This document shows positions 62,965-64,000 of a DNA stretch of 64,000 nucleotides, piece after piece (positions within the stretch are counted from its first letter, which is position 1; the number at the start of each line of letters is the position of its first letter). The position numbers were made by a program, and so were the translations under genes. The stretch spans positions 8,230-72,229 of the forward strand of contig DASUIA010000192.1 of assembly GCA_036273255.1 (NCBI GenBank), read 5' to 3'. Source of the DNA: Bradyrhizobium sp. Its GTDB lineage: Bacteria > Pseudomonadota > Alphaproteobacteria > Rhizobiales > Xanthobacteraceae. The notes below the pieces were generated by a model. That model searched no databases, was not told where the DNA came from, and was given only the letters and a program-made list of their open reading frames with translations.

Positions 62965-62989
62965 GCCGCGGAGTTCGAACGGGACTGGA

Positions 62990-64000
62990 ATGAGGCAGGC
63001 CTTCATCGGGGTCGACGTCGGTACGTCGAGCGCGCGCGCCGGTGTGTTCGACGAAACAGGAATGCTGCTCGCCACCGCCCGCTGCCCGATCACGGTCTGG
63101 CACGAAGCCGGCAATGTAGTCGAACAATCATCATCCGAGATCTGGGCAGCATGCATTGCGGCGGTTCGCGCCGCGATGGCGGAGGCAGCCCTGCCGCCCT
63201 CTGCGGTGAAGGGCATGGGGTTCGATGCGACATGTTCGCTCGTGGTGCTCGACGCCGCCGCCCATCCGCTGACGGTCAGCGGTTCGGGCGACGAACGGCG
63301 CAATGTCATCGTCTGGATGGACCATCGCGCCGTCGCCGAGGCCCGCGCGGTCAACGAAACCCATGACGACGTCCTTCGCTATGTTGGCGGATCGATTTCG
63401 CCTGAAATGGAAATTCCCAAGCTGCTGTGGCTGAAGCGCCATTTGCCGTTGACCTGGAATTCGGCCGGGCATTTCCTCGATCTTGCAGACTATCTTTCAT
63501 TCCGCGCCACCGGGTCGGCCACCCGCTCGACCTGCACATTGACCTGCAAGTGGAATTTCCTGGCGCACGAGGGGCGCTGGAGCCAGAGCTATTTCGAGCG
63601 CGTCGGTCTCGGCGACCTCGTTGGCGAGGGTTATGCGAAGATCGGCAAGGACGTCGTCGCGCCGGGCACCGCCCTGGGCTTGGGTTTGACCGCACCGGCC
63701 GCGCTGGATTTCGGTCTTTTGGAAGGCACGCCGGTCGGCGCGTCGCTGATTGATGCCCATGCCGGCGGTGTGGGCATGATCGGAGGCCGGGTCGAAGCGG
63801 GTCAACCGGTCGATGTGTGCGGCCGCCTCGCCTACATCATGGGGACGTCAGCCTGCATCATGGCGACGACACCGGAGCCTCGCTTCGTTCCGGGCGTGTG
63901 GGGTCCGTATTATTCGGGCATGGTGCCCGGCTTCTGGCTCAACGAAGGCGGTCAATCGGCGGCCGGGGCGGCCATCGATCATCTGGTGAGGTCGCATCCT
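62990..64000 (+). CDS. FGGY pentulose (ribulose) kinase, truncated by window end
   Basis: MRQAFIGVDVGTSSARAGVFD, GFDATCSL, VWMDHRA, ISPEMEIPKL, IDAHAGG; absent from the ORF track because it has no stop in the window. Confidence 0.88.
   Translation, partial: MRQAFIGVDVGTSSARAGVFDETGMLLATARCPITVWHEAGNVVEQSSSEIWAACIAAVRAAMAEAALPPSAVKGMGFDATCSLVVLDAAAHPLTVSGSGDERRNVIVWMDHRAVAEARAVNETHDDVLRYVGGSISPEMEIPKLLWLKRHLPLTWNSAGHFLDLADYLSFRATGSATRSTCTLTCKWNFLAHEGRWSQSYFERVGLGDLVGEGYAKIGKDVVAPGTALGLGLTAPAALDFGLLEGTPVGASLIDAHAGGVGMIGGRVEAGQPVDVCGRLAYIMGTSACIMATTPEPRFVPGVWGPYYSGMVPGFWLNEGGQSAAGAAIDHLVRSHP

Overview
High-GC alphaproteobacterial (Bradyrhizobium/Nitrobacteraceae-like) chromosomal window. I found no rRNA, tRNA, CRISPR or IS elements. 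1-18.5 kb is a nitrite-metabolism island. It holds a complete Nitrobacter-type cytoplasmic nitrite oxidoreductase cluster (diheme cyt c, nxrA, nxrX, nxrB, narJ-like, narI-like, TDT transporter), a divergent NarK with an FGE/NirV-like partner, a formate/nitrite channel, a STAND-TPR protein and DUF2478. 19-29 kb has ureide catabolism genes, a Liv-type ABC transporter, a DapA-like aldolase and an epoxide hydrolase. 29-43.6 kb is an eryD-mpt-eryA-rbtA-fucA-eryB-lalA-rbtB-rbtC-like polyol locus that lacks eryC/tpiB/rpiB. 43.6-52.8 kb is a Calvin-cycle operon (cbbR, F, P, T, A, L, S, X) with a red-type RuBisCO that looks unlike the usual bradyrhizobial enzyme. The rest comprises two DUF2336 genes with CtrA boxes and a smo-type polyol ABC operon cut by the window end. 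Main hypothesis: a sugar-alcohol-using, Bradyrhizobium-like organism carrying the nitrite-oxidation and CO2-fixation toolkit, i.e. a possibly unrecognised mixotrophic nitrite oxidiser. Finer signals include an in-frame degenerate duplicate of the nxrB 3' end that forms a hairpin, NsrR-like boxes ahead of three nitrite loci, and a NarK missing one canonical substrate arginine. Family assignments come from motif recognition and recall; no searches were run.
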